A stretch of DNA of 33,743 nt from an uncultured Planctomycetia bacterium (GTDB lineage: Bacteria; Omnitrophota; Gorgyraeia; Taenaricolales; CAZCCH01), in NCBI GenBank assembly GCA_964497315.1, contig CAZCCH010000015.1:1-33743 (forward strand), written 5' to 3'. Of the stretch, positions 1 through 9,448 are shown in pieces; position 1 is the stretch's first letter, and each line of letters begins with the position of its first letter. A model generated the notes under the pieces. That model saw only the letters and a program-made list of their open reading frames with translations. It had not been told where the DNA came from and ran no database searches. The position numbers and the translations under genes are program-made.

Positions 1-243
1 ACCCTTTTGCATTTTAGCTCAAGCTGAATTTACACACAATATGATACACTACCGCTTAGCTATTTTTTCTTGCTTAGCGGCTAATTATACTATATAATAT
101 ATGACTGTAATTCACATCATTTTTTGACCTACAAACTACCCGTCTAATAGCTAATTTACACTTAAAGAAAAAGTTTTCGTAGGAGGAGGAGATGTCGCAG
201 TTTATCAATATGGCACAGTTGTCAAAGCAGGTGGTTTTTTAAT

Positions 244-1137
244 ATGTGGTTTGCATTTGCGCTTTTGTGTGCATTTTGTATGGCGACAGCAAATGTGCTG
301 ACGAAAGCTATCTTAATAAAAGATGCAGATGAATATTTCGTAGGATGGCTTAAGCTCCTTTTTGCCTTACCTATATTGTTGGTATTTTTGTTTTTTAATC
401 CTTCCAGTGCAGATGCAACATTTTATAAAGTAATAGCGATTATTTTACCGCTCGAAGTATGTGCTTATGTCTTGTTTTTAAAGGCATTGAAGATTTCGCC
501 TATGTCGACTACCTTACCCTTTCTTGCCTTAACACCAGTGTTTTCTATATTTATAGGCTTTTTTCTTTTAGGGGAGACCCTTACAAGTATTGGCATAGTA
601 GGTATTTTATGTGTTGTCATAGGCGCATACGTATTAAATGCTGATGTTGTAAAATCAAGCGGCTTACTTGAACCCTTCAGGCAAGCCGTTAGAGAAAAAG
701 GCTCTAAATTTATAATCGTTGTTGCTTTTATTTATGCCTTTACCTCAGCCGCTGGCAAGGTGGCAATCTTGCATTCCAGTCCTTCCTATTTTGCAGCAGT
801 ATATTTTTTGATATTGACGTTAGCCTGGCTACCACTTTTAGCAGCGAGGACCTTTTATTTGGGTAAGAAAAAAAAGAGGGGTTTGTTTAAAAATATATCA
901 GGCAAGCGAAATTTAGTGATGTTTCTTTGTTTGGGATTGCTTTTTGGTATGGGCATTATCTTTCATTGCTTGGCTATTGCAAGAGCTAATGTGGCATATA
1001 TGATTGCAATAAAAAGGTCTGGAGTTGTTTTTTCTGTTATATACGGAGGCTTGTTTTTTAAAGAAAAGAATATTCATGTTAAACTTGCTGGTGTGTGCTT
1101 AATGTTTGTAGGTGTTTTCTTAATTGCCTTAGCGTAA
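244..1137 (+). CDS. EamA/DMT-superfamily membrane transporter
   Basis: 297-aa very hydrophobic ORF with about 10 predicted TM helices arranged as two similar halves, typical of EamA-domain permeases. The ATG at 244 lies 1 nt after the stop of a 16-codon upstream sORF. Confidence 0.75.
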   Translation: MWFAFALLCAFCMATANVLTKAILIKDADEYFVGWLKLLFALPILLVFLFFNPSSADATFYKVIAIILPLEVCAYVLFLKALKISPMSTTLPFLALTPVFSIFIGFFLLGETLTSIGIVGILCVVIGAYVLNADVVKSSGLLEPFRQAVREKGSKFIIVVAFIYAFTSAAGKVAILHSSPSYFAAVYFLILTLAWLPLLAARTFYLGKKKKRGLFKNISGKRNLVMFLCLGLLFGMGIIFHCLAIARANVAYMIAIKRSGVVFSVIYGGLFFKEKNIHVKLAGVCLMFVGVFLIALA

Positions 1138-1143
1138 AAAGTT

Positions 1144-1575
1144 ATGAATATAGTTATTCAAAGAGTAAAGAAAGCGAAAGTTTCAGTCAAAGGTAAAGAA
1201 GTTTCTAATATTACAAAAGGCTTGGTAATTCTTGTCGGAGTCAGAAAAGGAAACTCCTCGAGTGATGCTAAGGCCCTAGCTTTGAAAGTTTCTGACCTTA
1301 GGATATTCGATGATGAAAAAGGCAAGATGAATTTATCGATTAAAGACATAAAAGGAGAAATTCTTACGGTATCGCAATTTACATTGTGTGCTGCCCTAGA
1401 TAAGGGCAAGCGGCCTAGTTTTGACCCAGCTGCAGCTCCAGAAGATGCCAGGGGTATTTTTGCGGATTTTGTAAAAGCGTTGAAAAATGAAGGCATTACG
1501 GTTAAAGAAGGTACATTTGGTGCCTATATGCAAGTAGATATTCAAAATGATGGACCCGTGACTTTTGTTTTATAA
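1144..1575 (+). CDS. dtd: D-aminoacyl-tRNA deacylase
   Basis: 143 aa. N-terminal MNIVIQRV, SQFTL and C-terminal NDGPVTFVL motifs are characteristic of the DTD family, and the size fits. Confidence 0.93.
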   Translation: MNIVIQRVKKAKVSVKGKEVSNITKGLVILVGVRKGNSSSDAKALALKVSDLRIFDDEKGKMNLSIKDIKGEILTVSQFTLCAALDKGKRPSFDPAAAPEDARGIFADFVKALKNEGITVKEGTFGAYMQVDIQNDGPVTFVL

Positions 1576-1593
1576 AAGCTTAAGGACTAAAAA

Positions 1594-2409
1594 GTGACAA
1601 AAGAACCAACTCAACATAAAAAAGTTATGATAGAAGCTGCTTTGAGCGCAGGTAAGCTCATTGCCTCAAGAGTAGGGAAGATAAAAAGGGTTTCATATAA
1701 GGGCAAGATAAATCTCGTTACTGATGTGGATAGGTCTGCAGAAGAACTTATTAAACGCAAACTCAAGGCTAATTTTTCAGATTATCAGATACTTGCAGAG
1801 GAAACTCCTAGCAAGATTTCAGGGTGTGGCTATCGTTGGATTATTGATCCCTTAGATGGCACTACAAATTTTGCCCATAGTTTTCCATTTTTTTGCGTAT
1901 CTATAGCGCTAGAACATAACCGTAGACCCATTATGGGTGTTGTGTATGATCCAATGAGAGGCGAGCTATTTTGGGCTCAAGAAAAAAAAGGTGCGCATTT
2001 AAATGGGAAAAGGATTAAAGTTTCTGATACATCAAGGCTTTCCAGTAGTTTACTTGCTACAGGGTTTGCGTATGAATTTGAAAAATCAAGTAGTACCAAC
2101 ATAGGTAATTTCGTGAAGTTTTTGATGGTTTCGCAAGCCATTAGAAGGGCAGGTTCTGCTGCACTGGATTTATGTTATGTTGCCTGTGGTCGTTTTGATG
2201 GTTTTTGGGAATTGGATTTACACCCTTGGGATACAGCAGCGGGCAGCCTTATTGCGCAAGAGGCCGGTGGAAAACTAACTGCGCTCTCAGGAAGCAAATA
2301 CAGCCATTATAATAAAGAGATTTGTGCCTCAAATGGAAAAATTCACAAACAAATGCTTAAGGTGTTTGATAAAAGAATAGACTCAGTTTTAAGGAAAGTA
2401 GCCCTTTAG
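1594..2409 (+). CDS. suhB: Inositol monophosphatase family protein
   Basis: Contains the WIIDPLDGTTNF and LHPWDTAAG metal-binding signatures of the IMPase/SuhB family. GTG start. Confidence 0.9.
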   Translation: MTKEPTQHKKVMIEAALSAGKLIASRVGKIKRVSYKGKINLVTDVDRSAEELIKRKLKANFSDYQILAEETPSKISGCGYRWIIDPLDGTTNFAHSFPFFCVSIALEHNRRPIMGVVYDPMRGELFWAQEKKGAHLNGKRIKVSDTSRLSSSLLATGFAYEFEKSSSTNIGNFVKFLMVSQAIRRAGSAALDLCYVACGRFDGFWELDLHPWDTAAGSLIAQEAGGKLTALSGSKYSHYNKEICASNGKIHKQMLKVFDKRIDSVLRKVAL

Positions 2410-2422
2410 AAGAGGAGGCAGC

Positions 2423-3454
2423 ATGAGAAAAGCCACATTAATTTTTATAACATTGAACTTAATGCTTTTTTTAACTATTTCTTTATATGCAGCAGAGCCA
2501 AAAGAATATCAGCCCTATGGTCCGTTACCTGTGAAAAATCAGATGCCGCTCTATATCTTCTTTTTATCTTTTTCCCCAGATAAAGCAGAAGTTGTTAATG
2601 AAGGAAAATTTACCTATGATTTTGGCTATCAGGTATCAAATGGGGTATTAGACAAAGTCACAACCGGTACAGAAGACTATATAATTCAGATAGATACAGA
2701 AGTAAATAGATTCCATGTGGATTTAAGGTATGGCGTCCATGAAAATGCCGAAGTGGCGTTGGAGGTTCCATATATAAGATTTTCCAGAGGGTACTTGGAT
2801 GGGTTTATTGAAGGCTTTGAAGAGACGTTTAATTTCACAACCCCGGGTGCAAGAGAAAACTCCGACAGGAATAGCTATAAATATGAAGTACGAAAAGGGG
2901 GTGTCTACGCCATACGTTCGAATACACCCCATGGTACACTTGGGGATTCACTGCTGAGCTTTAAATACAAGTTGCTTGATGAATGCGATAATTATCCTTG
3001 GCCAACGTTTTCTGTTAAAGGAACACTAAAAATCCCCACTGGATCAAAAAGCAAATTGACAGGGAATGAGGAATGGGAAGGGGGTATTTCTTTATTGGCT
3101 GATAATTCTTTTTCAGATAGATGGTTTGGATATTTAAATTTCAACACAGCGTTTATACAAGAACCATCATTTTTTGAAGGTTGGGACATAGATAGCTATA
3201 TCATATCAGGGACCGTTGCCACTGAGTACTTTTTTACAAAAGGTTTGTCTACTATTTTGCAGCTATCTATAAACACAACCCCATATCCCTCAAGTGGAAC
3301 CGATCCCCTTGATAACGATGCATACGATGTGGCATGGGGATTTAACTATAAGTATACTGATTCAATAGAAGGACGTATATACGCAACTGAGAATCTAGAG
3401 ACAGATTCTTCTCCGGACTTTGGTCTTGGTGGTGGGTTTAAATTGAAGTGGTAA
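2423..3454 (+). CDS. Putative outer-membrane beta-barrel protein (unknown function)
   Basis: N-terminal signal peptide (LTISLYA|AEP). Alternating hydrophobic pattern rich in Y/G/N/D/T. C-terminus GGGFKLKW ends in an aromatic residue as in OMPs. AGGAGG lies upstream of the ATG. Confidence 0.5.
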   Translation: MRKATLIFITLNLMLFLTISLYAAEPKEYQPYGPLPVKNQMPLYIFFLSFSPDKAEVVNEGKFTYDFGYQVSNGVLDKVTTGTEDYIIQIDTEVNRFHVDLRYGVHENAEVALEVPYIRFSRGYLDGFIEGFEETFNFTTPGARENSDRNSYKYEVRKGGVYAIRSNTPHGTLGDSLLSFKYKLLDECDNYPWPTFSVKGTLKIPTGSKSKLTGNEEWEGGISLLADNSFSDRWFGYLNFNTAFIQEPSFFEGWDIDSYIISGTVATEYFFTKGLSTILQLSINTTPYPSSGTDPLDNDAYDVAWGFNYKYTDSIEGRIYATENLETDSSPDFGLGGGFKLKW

Positions 3455-3455
3455 A

Positions 3456-4091
3456 ATGGATAGAAAAGAGCGTGCAGGAAAAATAATACCCATTCTAAAA
3501 AGAGAATACCCTAAACCTAAAATTGCCCTTGAATTTAATAATTCCCTGCAAATCCTAGTAGCCACAATTTTATCAGCACAATGCACTGATAAAAGGGTAA
3601 ATATCATAACCCCTGTTTTGTTTAAAAGATATAAAACAGCAAAAGATTATGCAAGCGCCAACCGAAAAGAACTTGAAGGTCAAATCAGATCAACAGGTTT
3701 TTATAAAAACAAAGCTAAAAATATAATAAACTGTTGCAAAAGAATAATCAAAGATTTTAAAGGTAGCGTTCCAGGCTCAATGGAGGAACTAACTTCTTTG
3801 CCTGGGGTAGCTAGAAAAACAGCCAATATAGTACTATATAGCGGTTTTGGTAAAACCGAAGGCATTGCAGTAGATACCCATGTAAAAAGATTGTCGCAAA
3901 GAATAGGGTTTTCAAAATACTCTGATCCCGTAAAGATAGAGCAAGACCTAATGAAATTAATTTCTAAAAAAGACTGGGGTGTATTTAGTCATCTTTTGAT
4001 AAATCACGGAAGAAAAATCTGTGATGCCAAAAAACCTTTATGTAAATCTTGCGTTATATCTAGTTATTGTGCTTCTAAATTTAAGTTTTAA
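3456..4091 (+). CDS. nth: Endonuclease III (DNA glycosylase/AP lyase)
   Basis: HhH-GPD region (LPGVARKTANIVL, catalytic Lys context, VDTHV) and a C-terminal 4-Cys [4Fe-4S] cluster loop (CDAKKPLCKSCVISSYC). Confidence 0.93.
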   Translation: MDRKERAGKIIPILKREYPKPKIALEFNNSLQILVATILSAQCTDKRVNIITPVLFKRYKTAKDYASANRKELEGQIRSTGFYKNKAKNIINCCKRIIKDFKGSVPGSMEELTSLPGVARKTANIVLYSGFGKTEGIAVDTHVKRLSQRIGFSKYSDPVKIEQDLMKLISKKDWGVFSHLLINHGRKICDAKKPLCKSCVISSYCASKFKF

Positions 4092-4501
4092 TGGTAAAGA
4101 AAAAGAATTATATATATGTTATCCAAAAGCACGCTGCTTCGCATCTTCATTATGACCTTAGGTTAGAAATAAAGGGTGTGTTGAAAAGCTGGGCTATCCC
4201 AAAAGAACCCAGCAATGACTCCAAAATCAAGCGTCTTGCTGTAGAGGTTGAGGACCACGAAATAGGCTATGAAGATTTTCAAGGAATTATCCCAGAAGGC
4301 TCATACGGTGCAGGAAAAGTGGAAATTTGGGATAAGGGAACCTTTCAGCCCTTAGAGGTAGATAGCAATAAAATGATAATAGAGATAAATGGCAATAAAC
4401 TAAAGGGTAGGTATTGTTTGTTAAGATTTAAATCAAACAATCCAAAAGGCAAAAACTGGTTGTTTTTTAAGGTTAAAGATGAAAAGAGCAGCAAACTATA
4501 A
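4091..4501 (+). CDS. Stand-alone LigD-type 3'-phosphoesterase (PE) domain protein
   Basis: YVIQKHAASHLHYDLRLE ... SWAIPKEPS ... VEDHEIGYEDFQGIIPEGSYGAGKVEIWDKGTF matches the LigD N-terminal phosphoesterase domain signature. The start overlaps the nth stop (TAATG). Confidence 0.85.
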   Translation: MVKKKNYIYVIQKHAASHLHYDLRLEIKGVLKSWAIPKEPSNDSKIKRLAVEVEDHEIGYEDFQGIIPEGSYGAGKVEIWDKGTFQPLEVDSNKMIIEINGNKLKGRYCLLRFKSNNPKGKNWLFFKVKDEKSSKL

Positions 4502-5084
4502 ATTAAGCAAGATTTTATTAGTTGTGATTTTAGGATTTTCCCTAATAGGAGGTGAGGCAATGGCACAATTAGACTCTAAAAGGGTAGTTATGGTGATAGC
4601 TGAAACCAATTTTAGGGATGAAGAGCTTTTTGAGCCAAAGTCAGTACTAGAAAAAGAAGGAGTTAGGGTAGATATCGCATCTACCTCAATAAGCCCTGCC
4701 AAGGGTAAATTAGGGGCTATAGTTAACCCAGACTTGCTTCTTAGTGATATAAATATAGACAACTATGATGCTATAGTATTCATAGGGGGGTCTGGTTCTA
4801 TGCAATACTTTAATGATCAAAGGGCTCATTCATTAGCAAGGGAGGCTGTTACATCAGGGAAGATGGCAGCAGCTATTTGCATTGCACCTGCAATACTTGC
4901 AAATGCAGGCTTACTAAATGGCAAAAACGCCACTGTATTTAGCTCTGAGGCCGATACATTGCGTAAGAACGGTGCTTTTTATACCAAGGCGGGGGTGGAG
5001 ATAGATGGTAATATAATTACTGCTAATGGTCCGCAGAGCGCGACAAAGTTTGGTGAGGCAATATTGGAGGCACTTTCAAAATGA
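4479..5084 (+). CDS. DJ-1/PfpI family protein with predicted signal peptide
   Basis: Nucleophile-elbow AAICIAPAILA and overall class-I glutamine amidotransferase-like DJ-1/PfpI pattern. The N-terminus MKRAANYKLSKILLVVILGFSLIGGEAMA|Q looks like a Sec signal. An alternative ATG at 4560 has a strong AGGAGGTGA SD. Confidence 0.8.
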   Translation: MKRAANYKLSKILLVVILGFSLIGGEAMAQLDSKRVVMVIAETNFRDEELFEPKSVLEKEGVRVDIASTSISPAKGKLGAIVNPDLLLSDINIDNYDAIVFIGGSGSMQYFNDQRAHSLAREAVTSGKMAAAICIAPAILANAGLLNGKNATVFSSEADTLRKNGAFYTKAGVEIDGNIITANGPQSATKFGEAILEALSK

Positions 5085-5398
5085 GCAATGAGGCATATGT
5101 TAGGATTTGGCATTTAGTTAATCCTGATGAAGTAAAAAAACACTTATTGATAGTTGGGCATTTAAAGGGTGATTGTGCAAATTGTAAACATGTAGGAATA
5201 GATTACAAGATAACCAAATCTTGTCCTTCCTGTAAGACAGAATTTAGATATATAGCAACAAGAACAACCGAAGGCGTAAGGTACCAAGCTGGAACAGTTA
5301 AAAAGATACGCGATGTAAGAAGCGATTTAGTATTTATTGACCTGGAAGACTTTAAATATGCAAGCGAAAAAGACAAGGCAAAAAGATTTTTTGTATGA
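5081..5398 (+). CDS. Hypothetical protein with CxxC...CxxC zinc-ribbon
   Basis: 105-aa ORF overlapping the upstream stop by 4 nt (ATGA). Contains CANCKH...CPSCK. No family recognised. Confidence 0.5.
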   Translation: MSNEAYVRIWHLVNPDEVKKHLLIVGHLKGDCANCKHVGIDYKITKSCPSCKTEFRYIATRTTEGVRYQAGTVKKIRDVRSDLVFIDLEDFKYASEKDKAKRFFV

Positions 5399-5405
5399 TG
5401 CATTT

Positions 5406-5993
5406 ATGTTTGATCTAGGCAGGGTCATTGTAGATTTTGACCACTGGATTTCTGCTAGGAAAATTGCGCCTCTGTGCAATAAAGATCCAGAAGAAATCTA
5501 TAATATGTTTTTTGATTCAGAATTGACAGTTAAGTTTGATAGTGGAGCTATAACGCCACAGGAATTCTTCGTTGAGGTAGAAAAGATTTTAGGCCTAGAT
5601 ATAACATATGATGAGTTTATTGCAATTTGGACTAATATATTCTTTGAGAAAAAAGATATGTCTGAGTTTATAAGAGAGCTAAAGGAAGATTATTACATTG
5701 GGTTAATCTCAAATGTGAATATACTCCAATTTAGCCATATAAGAAATAAATTTCCTATAGTGAGTGAATTTGAAAAACCGATACTTTCATATGAGGTTGG
5801 GGCTATGAAACCAGACCCTAAAATCTATGAAGCTGCTATTAAGCTTTGCAATACTAGACCAGAGAAGATTATATATATAGATGACCGCCCGGAACTAGTA
5901 GAAGGGGGTAAAAGGATGGGACTGGAATCAATTGTGTTTAGGGATTTAACCCATCTCAAAACTCACCTTAAGGAATTAGGAGTAAAACTGTGA
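5406..5993 (+). CDS. HAD-superfamily hydrolase (subfamily IA, YihX-like phosphatase)
   Basis: N-terminal MFDLGRVIVDFD (HAD motif I as in YihX-type enzymes), ISNVN (motif II) and IYIDDRPELV (motif IV). The track ORF begins at TTG 5337, but ATG 5406 puts motif I at the N-terminus and avoids a 62-nt overlap. Confidence 0.78.
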   Translation: MFDLGRVIVDFDHWISARKIAPLCNKDPEEIYNMFFDSELTVKFDSGAITPQEFFVEVEKILGLDITYDEFIAIWTNIFFEKKDMSEFIRELKEDYYIGLISNVNILQFSHIRNKFPIVSEFEKPILSYEVGAMKPDPKIYEAAIKLCNTRPEKIIYIDDRPELVEGGKRMGLESIVFRDLTHLKTHLKELGVKL

Positions 5994-6520
5994 ACATTGA
6001 AAAGCAATGGCAGAAAGCACTAAAAAAGACTGAAATTTTAAGGGGAAGGTTAAGAAGCCTTCTCACATTTGAACATACAGAACTGCCTTATATTTTTCTA
6101 GCAGAATCTGTGGTAAATATTGGAGATGTAGTTGTCAGAAAAGGCAAGGTCTTAGTTGAAAAACCTTTAATAATTTTACCCGGTGATTTCCCTCAATTTG
6201 AAGGATTTGAGTTTAAAAAAGACTTTCACGTTGATAGTGAGTCTGTCACAACATTTTTATTAATGCGCGGTGTGTCATTCCCATCTTTAAAATACAGTAA
6301 TGAAGTCTCAACGATAGATGTTCAACCGGGACCTTTAACCAAGGTTATTAAGCGATTTTCAAGGGAATTAGAAAGAAGAGAAGACACGCATTCAGGTTTA
6401 ATTATATCTCCGGAAGATTGTTGGCAGTTGGCAATTCTCATTTATGTAGCCTCTCTTGCAGCAAAATCTATTCCCGATGATATAAAAAATATCCTTAAAC
6501 ACAAAAGAAGGGGGCGATGA
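5990..6520 (+). CDS. Hypothetical protein
   Basis: 176-aa ORF. Its GTG start overlaps the upstream stop (GTGA) and its stop overlaps the next start (ATGA). No family recognised. Confidence 0.5.
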   Translation: MNIEKQWQKALKKTEILRGRLRSLLTFEHTELPYIFLAESVVNIGDVVVRKGKVLVEKPLIILPGDFPQFEGFEFKKDFHVDSESVTTFLLMRGVSFPSLKYSNEVSTIDVQPGPLTKVIKRFSRELERREDTHSGLIISPEDCWQLAILIYVASLAAKSIPDDIKNILKHKRRGR

Positions 6521-7086
6521 AAAAGATTAATTTACCAGAAGGAAAATATGGTAGGGTTTTAACTTCAGACCCAGTAATTATAATAACCACAGTTGATAAA
6601 GATGGTAACGTAAATGGAGCTGCCTTTGGTTCTTATGTTAGAATTTCACCTTATATCTTGGTAGCGATTTATCCAGGACACCATACTTATGAGAACATAA
6701 AGAAGACAAAAGAATTTGTGGTAAACCTACCAGGAAAGGATCAGCTTGAGTCTATAATGGTATTTGGTAGGTATTATCCAGAAGGTACCAATGAGGTAAA
6801 AGAGGCAGGATTGAAGTGCGTTCCATCTGTTAAAGTAGCTCCACCCAGGATTGCAGAATATAAGGCACACATAGAATGTGTGTTTAAATGGAAAAAGCAA
6901 GTAAGTTCACACATGCTTGTAGCAGGGGAAATGGTTGCTGCTTCTTGTGATGAAGGCTTGCTTGATAAAGATAATTATTTTGATGTGGTAAAAGCCGGGG
7001 TGTTACACATAGTCCGATATCCTAAGCCTATATATATATCTGCAGAAGGCTATATAGAAGGAAAGAATACCAAAGAGTTGCCATAA
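6517..7086 (+). CDS. Flavin reductase-like FMN-binding domain protein (flavoredoxin-like)
   Basis: PVIIITTVDKDGNVNGAAFGS ... TYENIKKTKEFVVNLP pattern typical of the flavin-reductase-like split-barrel domain. Confidence 0.75.
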   Translation: MKKINLPEGKYGRVLTSDPVIIITTVDKDGNVNGAAFGSYVRISPYILVAIYPGHHTYENIKKTKEFVVNLPGKDQLESIMVFGRYYPEGTNEVKEAGLKCVPSVKVAPPRIAEYKAHIECVFKWKKQVSSHMLVAGEMVAASCDEGLLDKDNYFDVVKAGVLHIVRYPKPIYISAEGYIEGKNTKELP

Positions 7087-7089
7087 CCA

Positions 7090-7929
7090 ATGAAAAGAAT
7101 TGCAGGGTTTGTTTTTTTAGCTATGTTTTTGATATTAGCACTAGGAGAGGCTACCTATTCAAATTATTCTTTCGGTCTATCTGATAAAAAAGAAGTTGAA
7201 ATAGGCCAAAGGGCAGATAAACAAGTAAGGCGTAAGTTTGGTGGGACATACAAAGATAAAGAACTACAAAAATACGTAGAGACAGTAGGGCTTAAACTGG
7301 TTTCTGTTTGCGAAAGACCAAATCTTTATTATCACTTTGTAATATTGAATAATAAAGAGCTTAATGCCATGGCGGTTCCAGGTGGATATGTCTATGTTAC
7401 TAAGGGTATGCTTAGAGTATTGCAGAACGAAGCCCAGCTTGCAGCAGTCTTAGGCCATGAAATCGCTCATATTGCACGAAGGCACGGTGCAGAAAAAATA
7501 GATCAGGATATGACAATGAATCTTTTATTTATGATAGCCGGTATCGTTGCCTCAAGGAGTTCCGAAAAGACTGCCAAGACTGCTACAAGGATTATGCGGG
7601 GGGTGAGGACAGCCTATAATTTTGCTGCCTTAGGTTATGGGCGGCAGCATGAGTTTGAGGCGGATTGGAAAGGCACCGAATATGCCTATAGGGTTGGTTA
7701 TGACCCACAAGGAGCTGTACAGGTACTAAATATCTTACAAGAGGAAGAGAAGAAAAACCCTACTTTGATGTTGGATTTCTTGCGCTCTCATCCAAAGACT
7801 ACTGAACGAATAGATAAAGTAAGACAGCTTATGTTTAACTTACAACTTGATCCAAGATATAGCAGGGTAAAGGGTAAATTTTATCCTGAGAGATACTTAA
7901 AAAAAATAGCCCCTCTTTATAGGGAATAA
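7090..7929 (+). CDS. M48-family zinc metallopeptidase (exported)
   Basis: Signal peptide, [13 protein letters not shown] (HExxH) and a downstream [10 protein letters not shown] third-ligand region typical of M48/BepA-like peptidases. Confidence 0.88.
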   Translation: MKRIAGFVFLAMFLILALGEATYSNYSFGLSDKKEVEIGQRADKQVRRKFGGTYKDKELQKYVETVGLKLVSVCERPNLYYHFVILNNKELNAMAVPGGYVYVTKGMLRVLQNEAQLAAVLGHEIAHIARRHGAEKIDQDMTMNLLFMIAGIVASRSSEKTAKTATRIMRGVRTAYNFAALGYGRQHEFEADWKGTEYAYRVGYDPQGAVQVLNILQEEEKKNPTLMLDFLRSHPKTTERIDKVRQLMFNLQLDPRYSRVKGKFYPERYLKKIAPLYRE

Positions 7930-7958
7930 AAATATTTAACCAAACAAGGAGGTATGAA

Positions 7959-8705
7959 ATGTCTTTATTTCATATGGTAATTGTTGTTATAGTTTTTTAT
8001 GTTGTCTCATGTATTAAAATCTTGAATGAATATGAGAGGGCAGTTATATTTCGTTTAGGAAGAGTGCTTAAAAGACCAAAGGGTCCAGGCCTTGTAATTA
8101 TATTCAGGCCAATTGACACTGCTGTTAAAGTAAGCCTAAGGACTGTTACCTTAGATGTTCCTCCGCAGGATATTATAACCAAAGATAATGTTTCTGTAAA
8201 AGTAAACGCGGTAGTGTATTTTAAGGTTATGGAACCAATAAAGGCCATAATAGAAGTTGAAGACTATAAGTTTGCTACTTCTCAAATGGCACAGACTACC
8301 TTACGAAGCATAATAGGCCAACTTGAGCTTGATGAACTTTTATCTGGAAGAGAGAAGATTAATAGCCAGCTTCAGTCGATATTAGACAAGCAGACAGACC
8401 CCTGGGGCATAAAGGTTTCAAATGTTGAAGTAAAACACGTTGATATAACAGAAGAGCTAAAAAGGGCCATGGCAAGACAGGCAGAAGCAGAAAGAGAAAG
8501 GCGTGCTAAGGTCATAGCAGCAGAGGGAGAGTATCAGGCAGCAGAAAAACTTGTTGCAGCCGCAGAAAAGATGAAAGATCACCCAATGGCGTTACAAATG
8601 CGCTATCTGCAGACCTTGGTAGAAGTTGGAACAGAAAACAACACGACTACGATATTTCCCGTGCCAGTGGACTTTTTAAAAACTTTTATGAAAAAAGATA
8701 AATAG
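7959..8705 (+). CDS. SPFH/band-7 (stomatin-like) membrane protein
   Basis: N-terminal TM helix, then [16 protein letters not shown]...GPGL...[24 protein letters not shown] and a [19 protein letters not shown] coiled region typical of prokaryotic stomatins. A GGAGG SD lies 6 nt upstream. Confidence 0.9.
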   Translation: MSLFHMVIVVIVFYVVSCIKILNEYERAVIFRLGRVLKRPKGPGLVIIFRPIDTAVKVSLRTVTLDVPPQDIITKDNVSVKVNAVVYFKVMEPIKAIIEVEDYKFATSQMAQTTLRSIIGQLELDELLSGREKINSQLQSILDKQTDPWGIKVSNVEVKHVDITEELKRAMARQAEAERERRAKVIAAEGEYQAAEKLVAAAEKMKDHPMALQMRYLQTLVEVGTENNTTTIFPVPVDFLKTFMKKDK

Positions 8706-8716
8706 GTAGGTAAAAA

Positions 8717-9433
8717 ATGGTAAAATATAGACTATCTCCTACAGCACTAAACCTTTTTCTTGACTGCCCGCGTTGCTTTTGGCTTGATAAGAACAAACGC
8801 ATAAGAAGGCCAAGAGGAATTTTTCCTTCATTACCTGGAGGAATGGATGCTGTTATAAAGACCTATTTTGATAAATACCGCCTAAAAGGTGAAATGCCCC
8901 CAGAGATTGAAGGTAAATTGCCTGGGAAGCTTTTTGGCAATTTTCCGCTTTTGGAAAAATGGAGGGATTGGAGAAAGACTGATTTGCGCTGTGAAGACAA
9001 AGCATTGAATGCTTCCTTATCGGGTGCTTTAGATGATTGCCTCATAGAGGAAGATCGTTATATACCTCTGGATTATAAAACAAGAGGATATAAACTTATT
9101 GAAGACCCAAGACGATATTATCAAACTCAGCTTGATTGCTATTGTTTAATTTTAGAATCAGCAGGGTATAAAACTAAGGGATTGGCCTACCTGGCTGTTT
9201 ATTGGCCGCTTGAGGTTAGTGAAGGGGCAATGGTAAAATTTCATGTTGAGCCTTTAAAGATAGAAACAAATATAGATTCTGCCAAGACTATATTTAAAAA
9301 TGCTGTTACCGCATTAGGTAAGGACATACCCCCGGCTGCTGCTAAATGTGAATATTGTAATTTAGTTACAATCAGAGAAGATGAATCACAGCGAGGTTCT
9401 GAAGGCACAATAAAAGATGATTTGTTTTCATAG
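8717..9433 (+). CDS. PD-(D/E)XK nuclease, Cas4/RecB-like with Cys cluster
   Basis: N-terminal CPRCFW, a central IPLDYKT (D..(D/E)xK-like) plus QLDCYC, and C-terminal CEYC. This arrangement resembles Cas4/DUF83-type Fe-S nucleases. No cas genes or array are nearby. Confidence 0.55.
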   Translation: MVKYRLSPTALNLFLDCPRCFWLDKNKRIRRPRGIFPSLPGGMDAVIKTYFDKYRLKGEMPPEIEGKLPGKLFGNFPLLEKWRDWRKTDLRCEDKALNASLSGALDDCLIEEDRYIPLDYKTRGYKLIEDPRRYYQTQLDCYCLILESAGYKTKGLAYLAVYWPLEVSEGAMVKFHVEPLKIETNIDSAKTIFKNAVTALGKDIPPAAAKCEYCNLVTIREDESQRGSEGTIKDDLFS

Positions 9434-9448
9434 GGAGGCTGGTATAAA

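Noticed and set aside
26-36. An 11-nt inverted match between the two window ends (GAATTTACACA at 26-36 and its reverse complement at 33709-33719), which might suggest terminal inverted repeats.
   Set aside because: An 11-mer inverted match is expected many times by chance in 33 kb of AT-rich DNA. The match does not extend, the window ends are arbitrary, and no transposase or integrase is present.
52-80. An imperfect hairpin, CCGCTTAGC...GCTTAGCGG, in the 5' flank.
   Set aside because: It has one central mismatch, no T-run on either strand and no adjacent gene end within the window, so its function cannot be determined.
8717-9433. The Cas4-like nuclease as an indicator of a CRISPR-Cas locus.
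   Set aside because: There is no repeat-spacer array and no other cas gene anywhere in the window. Stand-alone PD-(D/E)XK/Cas4-like nucleases are common outside CRISPR systems.
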